Positions 1 to 9,480 of a stretch of 32,000 nt of DNA are shown here, piece by piece (the stretch's first letter is position 1; each line of letters starts with the position of its first letter). A program made the position numbers and the translations under genes. The stretch spans positions 73,154 through 105,153 of the forward strand of contig CAZECW010000187.1 of NCBI GenBank assembly GCA_964510585.1, written 5' to 3'. The notes below the pieces were generated by a model that made no database searches, was not told the DNA's origin, and saw only the letters and a list, made by a program, of their open reading frames with translations. Origin of the DNA: an uncultured archaeon (GTDB lineage Archaea; Asgardarchaeota; Jordiarchaeia; Jordiarchaeales; Jordiarchaeaceae).

Positions 1-22
1 TGGTGGCTACGACTTTTGCCAA
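1..22 (-). CDS. ef1b: Translation elongation factor 1-beta, N-terminal fragment (runs off the window edge)
   Basis: Manual reading of the minus strand gives GAGGTG (SD), 6 nt, then TTG GCA AAA GTC GTA GCC ACC = MAKVVAT. It lies directly downstream of a DUF1610 Zn-finger gene, the conserved archaeal gene order. Only 7 codons are visible. Confidence 0.6.
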
Positions 23-43
23 ATGTTGCACCTCTTTCCTTTT

Positions 44-220
44 TTATGGTCCTTCAAAATTACATAGGGGACACTTGAAAGTGTTTGAGAATAGTCTGCA
101 CCTTTCGCAGCGCCAGATGGTATATTTGCCGCAGTTGGGGCAGGGGAACCTTACTGCTCCCTTTTCAGGTGACACTATTTTGCCACAGCTTGTGCACAGT
201 TGCGGTTTGATTTCAGACAT
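44..220 (-). CDS. Small archaeal Zn-finger protein (DUF1610 / HVO_2753-like, COG2888), 58 aa; absent from the ORF track
   Basis: Manual translation: MSEIKPQLCTSCGKIVSPEKGAVRFPCPNCGKYTIWRCERCRLFSNTFKCPLCNFEGP*. It has four CxxC pairs, the family-typical FxCPNCG and FEGP C-terminus, and a GGAGGA SD upstream. Confidence 0.92.
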   Translation of the reverse strand: MSEIKPQLCTSCGKIVSPEKGAVRFPCPNCGKYTIWRCERCRLFSNTFKCPLCNFEGP

Positions 221-325
221 AGTTATCCTCCTGTCTTCTGAGTTTATTTGTTGTTCCCACTTAGAACTCGAGGGTTTTTAAATTTATGTTGTCTCTACTT
301 AAAATATTTATTCAAACTTTCAAGG

Positions 326-1528
326 TTATTGTATATTTTTTCCTGTCTTCTTTTTTATTGGTATGACTGAGGCTAGGAAGTTTAGTAGGATGCTGATGGA
401 GAGCGAGGGTTTTAAGAGTATTTTCCTAATCACTCCTGACTCGAAGTCCATGTCTCCCACTTCTTCTATGACTGTGTGGAACTCTTCTCGGGTAAGTGTT
501 TCGAAAAGTCTGTCCAGGGTTCTATCCTCCATTCTGTTTAGAATTTTTCTGGCCAAGAGCATAGAGTTGAACTCTCTGGAGAGCAGTTTTTTCCACTTTT
601 TCTGATACGCTGAGAGTCTCCCTCCACTCACGTTTTTTTCGTTGACCGCTTCGGCGGCGACTTCACCTGCAATCTGTGCGCATAGTCCGCCCATAATCAC
701 CCCTCCTCCTGTTGTTGGCTTCACCTGTCCAGCTGCGTCGCCTACGACTAGAAATCCGTCGGTGTAGGTCTTTGGGATTGGCCCGCTTAGGATTATGCTG
801 CCGCCAAACTTTTTGACTGGAACGGCGTGCAAGAGCTTTTTTGAGGCTATGGGATGATTTTTAATAAATTTTTCTAGATATTTTAGGGCGTGATGGTGAG
901 CGCCGAGTCCCACTCTTGCGGTGTTCTCACCTGTGGGGATTATCCAGGCAAAGAATCCTGGTGCCACCTTGTTTCCGAGGAATATTTCCACCTCTTCTGG
1001 GTTTACCTGAGCGTTTTTCACCTCAATTTGAACTCCCGGTATTATTCCTCTGGATACGGCGGCCAGCCCCATTTCTCGAACAAATTTTCCTCTTACTCCC
1101 TCGGCGTCGATTATGACTTTAGTTTTAAAATGTTGCTCTTTTTTCTGTGAAACTTTTAGGATTTTGATTTCGCCCATTTTTACAGATAAGACCTTGGTGC
1201 CTGTAAATAGTGACACGTTTTCTTTTTGGGCGAGGCTTGCTAGGTACTGGTCAAGTAGGGGACGGTTAACAACATACGCTTGAGTGTTTCTGCGTGAAAC
1301 GCTAAACGTTGCGCCTTGGGGGGAATAAAATGTGGCGCCCTTAACCCTGTTTAGGATGCATTCCTTTGGAACATTTATGTTCAGCCGCCTGAATCCGGTT
1401 GTACTGATTAGGCCCGCGCAGTGCTCTGGCAGGCCTACATAGGGGTGTTCCTCGATTATTGCAACTTTTACGCCTTTTTTGGCAGCGTTTTGAGAGGCTA
1501 TTGCTCCTGATGGTCCGCAGCCGATCAC
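326..1528 (-). CDS. Geranylgeranyl reductase family flavoprotein (digeranylgeranylglycerophospholipid reductase-like)
   Basis: Motifs: GxGxxG Rossmann (VIGCGPSG), CAGLIS, IDAEG, YxWIIP-like FAWIIP, VVGDAAGQVKPTTGGG. The reading frame stays open upstream to 1561 (KIAPEQNFDII), so the true start lies upstream of GTG 1528 (see findings). Confidence 0.9.
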   Translation of the reverse strand: MIGCGPSGAIASQNAAKKGVKVAIIEEHPYVGLPEHCAGLISTTGFRRLNINVPKECILNRVKGATFYSPQGATFSVSRRNTQAYVVNRPLLDQYLASLAQKENVSLFTGTKVLSVKMGEIKILKVSQKKEQHFKTKVIIDAEGVRGKFVREMGLAAVSRGIIPGVQIEVKNAQVNPEEVEIFLGNKVAPGFFAWIIPTGENTARVGLGAHHHALKYLEKFIKNHPIASKKLLHAVPVKKFGGSIILSGPIPKTYTDGFLVVGDAAGQVKPTTGGGVIMGGLCAQIAGEVAAEAVNEKNVSGGRLSAYQKKWKKLLSREFNSMLLARKILNRMEDRTLDRLFETLTREEFHTVIEEVGDMDFESGVIRKILLKPSLSISILLNFLASVIPIKKKTGKNIQ

Positions 1529-1740
1529 AATTATGTCGAAGTTTTGTTCTGGAGCGATTTTTCATCCCACCTTGTGGGCATTTTTGGTTAAAAATGTTTA
1601 AGTGGGGTTATTTTTAAGGGTTACAGAAAAACACTTTAAACTCTAGCCATATAGAAGGGAAACAGGTATGACATTTTAAAGGAACTATTTAGGTGTGCTC
1701 ATCTTTTACGTTTCCTCTTTGCTAAAGGAGTCGCTTTGAA

Positions 1741-2097
1741 ATGTTTGAGTACAAAATGGCAATTTTGGTACGAACCGATTTAAAAATGAGTAAGGGAAAA
1801 ATCGCGGCACAGGTGGCGCATGCAGCGGTTTCAGCCTCAGAGGAAGCTAGGAAGAGGAATCCGGACTGGTGGGGGAAATGGATGAATGAGGGCCAGAAGA
1901 AGGTTGTGGTTAAGGTAAAATCTTTGGATGAACTTAAAAGGTATGAGTACCAAGCGATTAGGAATAAGATTCCCCATTCTTTAATAATTGATAGGGGTCT
2001 CACGGAAATACCGCCTGGCACTGTTACTGCTCTTGCTATCGGACCGGCGCCAGAATCACTCATAGACAGTATTACGGGCGGGCTACCTCTGCTTTAG
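1741..2097 (+). CDS. pth2: Peptidyl-tRNA hydrolase 2 (archaeal/eukaryotic type)
   Basis: Motifs KMAILVRTDLKMSKGKIAAQVAHA, QKKVVVK, DRGLTEIPPGTVT and GP; 118 aa. Confidence 0.97.
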   Translation: MFEYKMAILVRTDLKMSKGKIAAQVAHAAVSASEEARKRNPDWWGKWMNEGQKKVVVKVKSLDELKRYEYQAIRNKIPHSLIIDRGLTEIPPGTVTALAIGPAPESLIDSITGGLPLL

Positions 2098-2114
2098 CAA
2101 ATGTCGGTGAGATT

Positions 2115-3488
2115 ATGAGTGAACTAGAAAAAATCATTGGAATAGAGTTTTTCGCTACCAAGTCTAAAGGAATAGGAGGAGAACTCAGGAAGAGATGGGA
2201 GGACTTCGTAGTGGAGGAAATAACTCCCCAAAAGGAGATACTTTACGCTCTAGGCCCCAATTCCGAAACAAGCAGACCGGATGGTGAGCATGGAAATGGA
2301 GGAGAAACTGTGGGGGATTATACTATTTTTACTCTTGAGAGGCACGGTTTGTATAATACATTTGAGGCTTTGGATAAAATTGCTCATAGTTTGAGGATTG
2401 GAATAAAAAGGTTTTCCTATGCGGGGGTGAAGGATAAAAGGGCGGTTACAACCCAAAGGGTTAGTGTTTGGAGGGTTGACCCAGAGAGACTGAAAAAACT
2501 GAATATTAAGGGACTTTACATAAGGGATGTGCGTAGGGGCGCGGAAGCTGTTAAGCTTGGAGATTTATGGGGCAACCACTTTCGTATCACTGTTAGAGGT
2601 ATAAACTTGGAAAAGTCGGAGGTGGAGCTAATAGTTAAGAAAACCTGTGATGAGATAGCGGATTTGGGTGGTGTCCCCAACTTTTTTGGCTATCAAAGAT
2701 TTGGGCTTCGGAGACCCTTGTCTCACCTTGTGGGAACTAAGCTGGTTAAGAACGAGTTTAGGGAGGCTGCAATGCTATTTTTAGCAAAAGCTTATCCCCT
2801 TGAAGGAATGGATGCCCAAGAGGCGCGTAATTATTTGTATGAGACTGGAGACTTTGCTGGAGCTTTGAAAAAGTTTCCCAAGCGCCTAACTTTTGAGAGA
2901 ACAATGTTAAAGCATTTGTCTCAACATCCCAATGATATTCTGGGCGCCTTTAGGCGGATTCAAAGAGGTCTACTTATGATGTTTATACATGCCACGCAGT
3001 CTTACCTATTTAATAGAATTCTTAGTCTAAGGCATAAATGCGGTCTCCCACTAAACAGTGCTGTGGTGGGGGATATTGTGGCTCCAGTTCAGGGTGCTTC
3101 GCCGAGAGATTATATGCTGGTCACGGAAGAAAACATTTCAAAAATAAACGAGCAGGTTAAATCTGGAACATTGGGCGTTGCAATACCTTTGATAGGGTAT
3201 GATATAACTCTTCCCATGTTTCAGCCAGGGGAGCTGGTAGAAAAAATTTTACAGGAAGAGGGTTTAAGTCCAAGCATGTTTAGACTTCAATCTATACCTG
3301 AGATAAGTTCAAAAGGAGGATACCGACTAATACTCTCAAAAGTATCTGACTTGAAAGTGTTGGACATAAGTGAAGATGAGTATAGTGAAAACGCGATTAA
3401 ACTTACAATTTCCTTCTCGCTGTCCAAGGGCAGTTACGCCACAATGGTGCTCAGAGAATTTATGAAAACAGAACCCACAAAGTATTAG
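2115..3488 (+). CDS. truD: tRNA pseudouridine(13) synthase TruD/Pus7
   Basis: DFVVEE, catalytic YAGVKDKRAVTTQ, GNHFRI, PNFFGYQRFG and GSYATMVLRE motifs; GGTGA SD. Confidence 0.96.
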   Translation: MSELEKIIGIEFFATKSKGIGGELRKRWEDFVVEEITPQKEILYALGPNSETSRPDGEHGNGGETVGDYTIFTLERHGLYNTFEALDKIAHSLRIGIKRFSYAGVKDKRAVTTQRVSVWRVDPERLKKLNIKGLYIRDVRRGAEAVKLGDLWGNHFRITVRGINLEKSEVELIVKKTCDEIADLGGVPNFFGYQRFGLRRPLSHLVGTKLVKNEFREAAMLFLAKAYPLEGMDAQEARNYLYETGDFAGALKKFPKRLTFERTMLKHLSQHPNDILGAFRRIQRGLLMMFIHATQSYLFNRILSLRHKCGLPLNSAVVGDIVAPVQGASPRDYMLVTEENISKINEQVKSGTLGVAIPLIGYDITLPMFQPGELVEKILQEEGLSPSMFRLQSIPEISSKGGYRLILSKVSDLKVLDISEDEYSENAIKLTISFSLSKGSYATMVLREFMKTEPTKY

Positions 3489-3584
3489 TAAAAAGTGAAG
3501 AACAATAAATTAATTAGTAATTGATACTTCTCATCGAAGACCGTGAAGGAATTTAAAACAGCAATCCGTCGGAGGTAAAACATA

Positions 3585-4895
3585 ATGTCAGAATGTTCCG
3601 AGGATATTCATAAGACACACTTCACCAGTGAGATAGGTCCAGACCTTGATGGAAAAATCGTGGTTTTAGCTGGATGGGTAGAAAGCATCCGAAAATTGGG
3701 TGGAATAAAATTCATCATTTTGAGGGATAAGGAGGGGCGTTCACAGATCACCGTCCCCAAGAGCAACTCAAAGGTTTTCGATGAGGTAGACAAATTAGGC
3801 AAGGAATACGTTATCCTGGTGCGGGGAAAGGTGAGAAAGATCGAAAAGGCGCCCCAAGGAGCTGAGGTAATCCCCGAAGAAATAAAAATACTAAACACGT
3901 CAATCTCTCCTCTTCCATTAGACCCCTCAGGTAAGGTTGACGCGAATCTTGATACCCAGCTAGACAATAGGGTGCTAGACCTTAGGCGTCCAGAAAAAAC
4001 GGCTATTTTTATTATTCGCCACGAGGCAAGTAAGGCTATCAGAGAGTTCCTAATCAAGAGGGGCTTTATAGAAATTAACACCCCCAAAATCATTGCCTCC
4101 GCTTCTGAGGGTGGAGCCGACCTCTTCCCTATCTCATACTACGAGAAGGAGGCGTTCCTAAGCCAATCAGCTCAACTTTACAAAGAGCAGATGTCTAGTG
4201 TTTTTGAGAAGGTTTTCGAGATCGCCCCCTGTTACCGCGCCGAGTTAAGCCGCACAGTCAGACACCTAAGCGAAGTTTACACAGTTGATGTGGAAGTAGC
4301 CTTTAACAACTATTTAGACGTAATGGAACTCCTCGAAGAACTAATTTCCCACGTGTTTAAACATATAAAGAAAAAATGTTCTGAAGAATTAAAAACGCTA
4401 AATCGGGAATTGCCAGTTCTCAAAACTCCTTTTCCCCGCTACACCTATACTGAAATTGTAGAAAAGCTACAGGCTGAGGGAATCGAAATGAACTGGGGAG
4501 AGGACATCTCTACACAGGCTTACCGCAAACTTGGAGAAATATTGAAGGGACTATACTTCATAGTGGATTGGCCCACTGCTGGAAAGCCCTTCTACATACT
4601 GCCCCGAAAAGACAACCCCGAAATATGTGAATCATTTGATCTCATGTATGAGTGGCTGGAGCTGGCCTCTGGAGGAACAAGGATACACAAAAAAGACATG
4701 CTTATTGAGAGGCTAAAGGAGCAGAAACTGAATCCTGAATCGTTCGCATTCCACCTAAAAACATACGATTGGGGAATGCCCCCACATGCAGGATGGGGAT
4801 TGGGATTAGACCGACTAGTTATGGTTCTCACTGGAGCGGAGAATATAAGAGACTGCGTCTTATACCCCCGGGACCGAGACCGACTCACGCCCTAA
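3585..4895 (+). CDS. aspS: Aspartyl-tRNA synthetase, archaeal type, probably non-discriminating (Asp/Asn)
   Basis: OB-fold GWV...LRD, FLSQSAQLYK, motif 2 YRAE and motif 3 GLDRL...YPRD. KAP in the anticodon-domain loop is typical of non-discriminating enzymes. GGAGGT SD. Confidence 0.95.
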   Translation: MSECSEDIHKTHFTSEIGPDLDGKIVVLAGWVESIRKLGGIKFIILRDKEGRSQITVPKSNSKVFDEVDKLGKEYVILVRGKVRKIEKAPQGAEVIPEEIKILNTSISPLPLDPSGKVDANLDTQLDNRVLDLRRPEKTAIFIIRHEASKAIREFLIKRGFIEINTPKIIASASEGGADLFPISYYEKEAFLSQSAQLYKEQMSSVFEKVFEIAPCYRAELSRTVRHLSEVYTVDVEVAFNNYLDVMELLEELISHVFKHIKKKCSEELKTLNRELPVLKTPFPRYTYTEIVEKLQAEGIEMNWGEDISTQAYRKLGEILKGLYFIVDWPTAGKPFYILPRKDNPEICESFDLMYEWLELASGGTRIHKKDMLIERLKEQKLNPESFAFHLKTYDWGMPPHAGWGLGLDRLVMVLTGAENIRDCVLYPRDRDRLTP

Positions 4896-4940
4896 AAAAG
4901 AGGTAACTACAGAAAAATTACAAGACCTTTAGCGAGATAA

Positions 4941-4968
4941 GCCCCCACTCATAGTGGCGGAAGGGGGC
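4941..4968. terminator. GC-rich stem-loop between the convergent aspS and nusA-like genes
   Basis: GCCCCC...GGGGGC outer arms with an inner CCACT-cat-AGTGG hairpin. A T5 run follows the nusA-like stop on the minus strand. The terminator role is only inferred. Confidence 0.3.
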
Positions 4969-4975
4969 AAAAAGG

Positions 4976-5482
4976 CTACTCAAAAACTATTCTAATTTTT
5001 TCCTTGGTTAAATTATAAACAATGTTCTCTAAAGTAGGTACGTCTGTGGGGAGTCTTCTACTATCTGATTTCTTGATTCTCACCTTTTTCTCCAGCGTGC
5101 CGTCTGGAAGCCAAATTGTGTTCACGCCCAAAACTGGGATTGGAGATAGAATGTCCTCTATGGTCTTTTTTGTGGAGGAAGTTGCCTCTATAACTCTAAC
5201 TTTTTTCTTTAATTCATCACTTAAAACTTTAACAATTTTGCCTTTTGGACCTATAAAGTGTGATATGTCGCCTGGACCAACGACTATTATGATTAAATTG
5301 TTGGTTTCAATGGAGCCTCTGAACTCCGCTTCTTTGAGGTTGGGAAACTTACTTTCAAGTTCTAGGAGACTCTTAGCTACCTTTAAATCTAGGGGCGTCA
5401 CTTCCCCTCGTTCTATCTTTTCCCTACATGTGGAACAGTAAACTCCACTTTTAAGACAAAAAGAACATACGGGAACCTTCAA
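4976..5482 (-). CDS. NusA-like KH-domain protein with N-terminal Zn finger (archaeal NusA2 family)
   Basis: N-terminal CxxCxxxxxxCxxC, KH motif ISHFIGPKGKIVKVL and KKVRVIE. Adjacent to alba as in other archaea. TTG start. Confidence 0.85.
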   Translation of the reverse strand: MKVPVCSFCLKSGVYCSTCREKIERGEVTPLDLKVAKSLLELESKFPNLKEAEFRGSIETNNLIIIVVGPGDISHFIGPKGKIVKVLSDELKKKVRVIEATSSTKKTIEDILSPIPVLGVNTIWLPDGTLEKKVRIKKSDSRRLPTDVPTLENIVYNLTKEKIRIVFE

Positions 5483-5722
5483 TTCTCAAGTCTCCGAATA
5501 CGAGTAATCATGAGGCTGTAAGTACCGGTTAAGGCAGTTTTCCGCCGATAATAAACAGCAATTTTAGTGTAGTTTTTATAGGAAGAGAGATTGCTTAAAA
5601 AACTTTTGTTAAATTAGACTTGTTGAGGCGCTCTGTCCAGAGAGGTGCAGTGTGCTTTTGGTGAAAAAGAAAATGTATTAATTAAAGAAAAAATTTGATA
5701 AAAAACCAAAAAAGCCGTCCAC

Positions 5723-5998
5723 TTAGTCTTTTCCCAGTGTGATCTCAATAGTTGAAACATTAATCGTTGAACCGTTCTCTGCCGTGATGGGCTCAGTTCC
5801 AATTTTTATGTCCTTAGGTTTAGCCTCTGAAACGAATCTGTTTCTCACTATCTCCGCCACGTCTACAGCTCTGCTTATGGAGCGGCCACGTGCCTTCAAA
5901 GTCACTTCCTTTTTTCCGTTATGGAAAAGAGTTATGCATGCTAAAACATAATTCATCACGGGTTTGGATCCTATGTAGATAGAGTTTTCTTCTGACAT
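5723..5998 (-). CDS. albA: DNA/RNA-binding protein Alba
   Basis: [30 protein letters not shown] and VSTIEI motifs; 91 aa. Confidence 0.98.
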   Translation of the reverse strand: MSEENSIYIGSKPVMNYVLACITLFHNGKKEVTLKARGRSISRAVDVAEIVRNRFVSEAKPKDIKIGTEPITAENGSTINVSTIEITLGKD

Positions 5999-6064
5999 GT
6001 TTGTTACCTCTTCCGCGCTTTTGGATTAGTTGCATAACTACTAAACGCCGTATCTACCTAGAAA

Positions 6065-6077
6065 TAATAAAGTTTTT
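6065..6077 (-). promoter_or_regulatory. Putative BRE/TATA box for alba
   Basis: Minus strand AAAAAC-TTTATTA about 66 nt upstream of the alba ATG. Confidence 0.35.
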
Positions 6078-6302
6078 GGTGACACAAAAAGTCTAATTAT
6101 TAAGCAAAAAACTAAGAACCGTTTTTAAAGAGGAATACCCATAAAGAATAACTACTTTTTAAAAATATGATGATTTTCGTTTTCATAACTCGGGCTTCTG
6201 CAACAAACATATAGTTGAATTTTTATATCTTTAAAAAAAATATAAAATTAAAGATTTAAACATAGTATATTAAATCCTTCCAATCTCTAAAAATTCTGGG
6301 TA

Positions 6303-8357
6303 ATGGTTAATATGATTAAGGCGTTCCACATTCTTCTGAAGTCCGGTGAGCCCCTTTTCCACAGGGTTTATGGTAAGGAGCAGGTTGATGAATCGCTTTT
6401 TTCGGGGTTTCTAGGCGCTGTTTACAACTTTGCTCAGGAACTGGGCCATGGAGATATTAAGACTGTGGAGGTTGGTGATGCAAGGTTCGTATGCGAAGTT
6501 TCTGAGAACTTGATTTTCGTGGCTGTTGTTGGAAAAGACGACGATGAACAAGAACTAAAAAATTTTCTAGGCTTTGCTTCTAGAGCCTTTGTTAACCGCT
6601 TCAGAGAGGAACTTAAAACATGGCGTGGAAATGTGTCTATCTTTAGGGAATTCACCCAAGAGTTAGATCACTTAGTGGAAGATTATCAAACGAAGCGCCT
6701 CCCCGGTAAGGTTAAACTGGTGCCTTTTCTAAGAGATTCTTCTGGGGGATCAAGTTACCCCTTTGATGTGGAAATAGCCTCTGTTTTCTGTTTACTGGAA
6801 GATATAAGAGATCGTGGAGGGGGCTTTCTCTGGAAAAAGCCAGAGGAGGCGTTGAGGGGTATTGTAAGAGTTTTATGGCCTTTTTGGATAGTGCCTTTTG
6901 AGGATGGAGACCGGGGAGTTATAGTGGATGCTATGAGTATGGCGCCCCTCCAAATACGAACCAAGCGTTACTCGGCTTTAGATAAAGCTGATAATTTTCT
7001 CAAAATAAATAGTGTAGATGTGTTTGTAAATTCTCTTGAGGATCTAATATTGGATTTAGAAAGTGAGAAATCGGAGGAATTTCCACTATATGGATTTTTA
7101 GTTCCAGAGTTAGTTAAAGATTTGGAGATCAGCTTTTCTCAAGCCAGAGTGGGTGAGACTAAGGATTATGTTGTAGTCCGCCCCCTTGTAACTCGCACCC
7201 AGACGGTTGAGAATAAAACTGTTTTTATGAAGTTAATTCAAGATTTGGAAACAAGTTCTCAAAGACTAATGGAAAAGGAAAATTTCTTAACATTAATAAC
7301 TGAGAAGTGGCTTAAGGTAATAAATGAAAAGATGGTGGAGACCCGGGAAAGTTATAGAGTCAAAATAGAGGAAACAGTTAAGGATGTCGAGAAGCAGATT
7401 GGAATACTCTTACAGCTCAGAGAGGAGGAACTGAAAAAACTTGATGCTTGGTTTGCTGAAGCAGATAAGAATCTTATACTGGAAATAAAAGAATTGTTTG
7501 GTCCACTGATTGAGGTTTTAGAAGATGTGGCGCTGAAATCCACCGAGGAGATAGGAAAGTCAATCGATGAAAAAATTAGTGTGTTGGAAGTTATAGAGGG
7601 GAGAATTCAAAAATTAGCCAACGTTTCGGAGTATATGAATAAGACCAAGAAATTGGTGGAGAACATTTCTAAGAGTATAAAGAAAATTGATTCAACTATT
7701 GAGAAAATAAACAAGAAAATAGAAGTTGACAAAAATTCCATTCTGAAAGACTTTGACAGAAAAATCATGGAACAAAACAGTCGAGTAGACTCGCTAAAAG
7801 AAGAAGCAAAAGATGTCCTCAGCAAACAACAGTTTTTAATGGATAGAATTACATCTAAACTCCAAGAATTAAGGCAGCTGATTCAACGTGAACGCAAAGA
7901 AGTCGACCGGCTTTTAAAATTGTTAACTTCATTGATAATTAAATTGCCGGACAAAATATTTTCTCCATCTCTATTTTATATCCCCCTATATATTGGAAAA
8001 TTCGAAGATACGAAGCAAGAAAGATTTTTTGTGGTACCCCCATTAGTTCTGCTAAAATCGAATGAAACTATTAGTTGTGACTTTGGACAGAAAACACTTC
8101 CCCTGGATCTACCTAACCCTGCGTTTCTAGAAGCTGTAAAACGAAAGGCTGAAACACTAATTAATGATAGTAAGGAGCTAAAATTAGAAATTCTAAAGGG
8201 GTTTAAAAAATCAAATCTAATAAATTCGCAACAAATAGAGACAAGCGTTTACGAGGGCTTAAACAATCTATTACGCCTCAATATTCTTACTGAGAAGGAC
8301 TTTCAAATTTTGAAAGCTAGAGCCAAGGAGGTTTTTAGGACGGAGGAGAGAGTTTGA
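6303..8357 (+). CDS. Longin-domain protein with long coiled coil (Asgard-type), function unknown
   Basis: Residues 1-130 follow the Asgard longin pattern (GEPLFHRVY, DESLFSGFLGAVYNFAQE, WRGNVSIFREF). A beta-rich module, about 250 aa of heptad-rich helix and a second beta-rich module follow. Confidence 0.7.
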   Translation: MVNMIKAFHILLKSGEPLFHRVYGKEQVDESLFSGFLGAVYNFAQELGHGDIKTVEVGDARFVCEVSENLIFVAVVGKDDDEQELKNFLGFASRAFVNRFREELKTWRGNVSIFREFTQELDHLVEDYQTKRLPGKVKLVPFLRDSSGGSSYPFDVEIASVFCLLEDIRDRGGGFLWKKPEEALRGIVRVLWPFWIVPFEDGDRGVIVDAMSMAPLQIRTKRYSALDKADNFLKINSVDVFVNSLEDLILDLESEKSEEFPLYGFLVPELVKDLEISFSQARVGETKDYVVVRPLVTRTQTVENKTVFMKLIQDLETSSQRLMEKENFLTLITEKWLKVINEKMVETRESYRVKIEETVKDVEKQIGILLQLREEELKKLDAWFAEADKNLILEIKELFGPLIEVLEDVALKSTEEIGKSIDEKISVLEVIEGRIQKLANVSEYMNKTKKLVENISKSIKKIDSTIEKINKKIEVDKNSILKDFDRKIMEQNSRVDSLKEEAKDVLSKQQFLMDRITSKLQELRQLIQRERKEVDRLLKLLTSLIIKLPDKIFSPSLFYIPLYIGKFEDTKQERFFVVPPLVLLKSNETISCDFGQKTLPLDLPNPAFLEAVKRKAETLINDSKELKLEILKGFKKSNLINSQQIETSVYEGLNNLLRLNILTEKDFQILKARAKEVFRTEERV

Positions 8358-8367
8358 AAAATAAAAT

Positions 8368-9480
8368 TCAACCAATCAGTTCATATACTGTTGTTCTCTG
8401 AACTGGGATCCGTCCACAGTCTTTGATGAGGGCTATTATAGTTTCGGGGGGAAGATACTCTCCACTAGGAGAGCCCGCAATTTTTGAAATATTTTCCTCG
8501 ATTAATGTTCCCCCGAAATCATTCGCGCCCGCGTTTAAGCAGAACTGAGCAAATTTTGTGCCAAGCTTAACCCAGCTCACCTGGATGTTATTTATCAACC
8601 CGTCGAACATTAGGCGGGAAATAGCATAAACTTTCACATCTTCCATGCCCGTGGCGCCTGGCCGGGAGGAAAAATTCTTGTAGAGCTCTGTTTGTTGGTG
8701 AATGAAGCTGAGTGGAACAAACTCTGTGAATCCCCTAGTTCTCTTCTGTATATTCCTTAAAATATCCATATGGACTGCCTTGTCCCTACTGCTTTCTATA
8801 TGCCCATACATCATAGTGCTTGAGGTCAATATTCCTAACCTATGGGCTTCCTCAATAATCTTAATCCATTCCTTTACTGATATTTTCGTGGGGCAAATCA
8901 CTTCCCTAACTTTATCCACTAATATTTCTGCTGCTGTTCCGGGCATGGAGTTTAATCCTGCTTCCTTTAGAATCTTTAAGACTTCGCGTGTGCTTAAACC
9001 TTCCTTTCTTGCAGCGTGGTATATCTCCATTGGGCTGAAGGCGTGAATGTGTATGTCTGAGCTAACCCTTCTCACTGCTTTTATTATTTCTATGTATAAG
9101 TCAAGGGTAGCTTCTGGGTGCAGTCCACCTTGAATGCAAACTTCGGTGGCTCTCATATTTATTGCTTCGCGGGTTTTGTTTTCAATCTCTTTTGTTGATA
9201 AAAGAAATTGTTTCGGAGAGTCTTTGTCTTCCCTAAATGCGCAAAAACGGCATCTATTGATGCACACATTTGTAAAGTTAATGTTTCGATTTATGACGTA
9301 AGTTACAATGTCACCCACAGCTCTTCTCCTAATCTGATCTGCAACAAGGATTAGGGCTAGAAACTCTTGGCCAGTGCAATTGAACAGGAGTTCTGCTTCG
9401 TCTACTGAAGGGGGATGTCCATCTATGGCTTTTTGAAGTATGTGGGAAACTTCTCCATTTATGTTATCTAGCAAATTCAA
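8368..9480 (-). CDS. cofH: FO synthase subunit 2 (5-amino-6-(D-ribitylamino)uracil--L-tyrosine 4-hydroxyphenyl transferase)
   Basis: NRNINFTNVCINRCRFC radical-SAM motif, QGGLHP, HAFSPME, PGTAAEIL, TMMYGH, IQVSWVKLG and GANDFGGT. Overlaps the cofG stop by 4 nt (TTGA). The MqnC/E alternative is disfavoured by the pairing with cofG. Confidence 0.9.
   Translation of the reverse strand: MNLLDNINGEVSHILQKAIDGHPPSVDEAELLFNCTGQEFLALILVADQIRRRAVGDIVTYVINRNINFTNVCINRCRFCAFREDKDSPKQFLLSTKEIENKTREAINMRATEVCIQGGLHPEATLDLYIEIIKAVRRVSSDIHIHAFSPMEIYHAARKEGLSTREVLKILKEAGLNSMPGTAAEILVDKVREVICPTKISVKEWIKIIEEAHRLGILTSSTMMYGHIESSRDKAVHMDILRNIQKRTRGFTEFVPLSFIHQQTELYKNFSSRPGATGMEDVKVYAISRLMFDGLINNIQVSWVKLGTKFAQFCLNAGANDFGGTLIEENISKIAGSPSGEYLPPETIIALIKDCGRIPVQRTTVYELIG

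Noticed and set aside
3-281. 92-aa plus-strand ORF
   Set aside because: Antisense shadow of the Zn-finger and EF-1beta genes; no recognisable motifs.
1341-1565. 74-aa minus-strand ORF beginning at ATG 1565
   Set aside because: Overlaps the reductase gene in another frame and is best explained by the one-base frame problem at the reductase start.
1562-1570. Selenocysteine read-through of the in-frame TGA (GTG GGA TGA) upstream of the reductase
   Set aside because: The position is in a non-conserved N-terminal extension with no catalytic role, and I saw no SECIS evidence.
4941-4968. Stem-loop as a SECIS or riboswitch
   Set aside because: Neither flanking gene has an in-frame TGA, and the hairpin is too short for a known riboswitch; kept only as a possible terminator or stability element.
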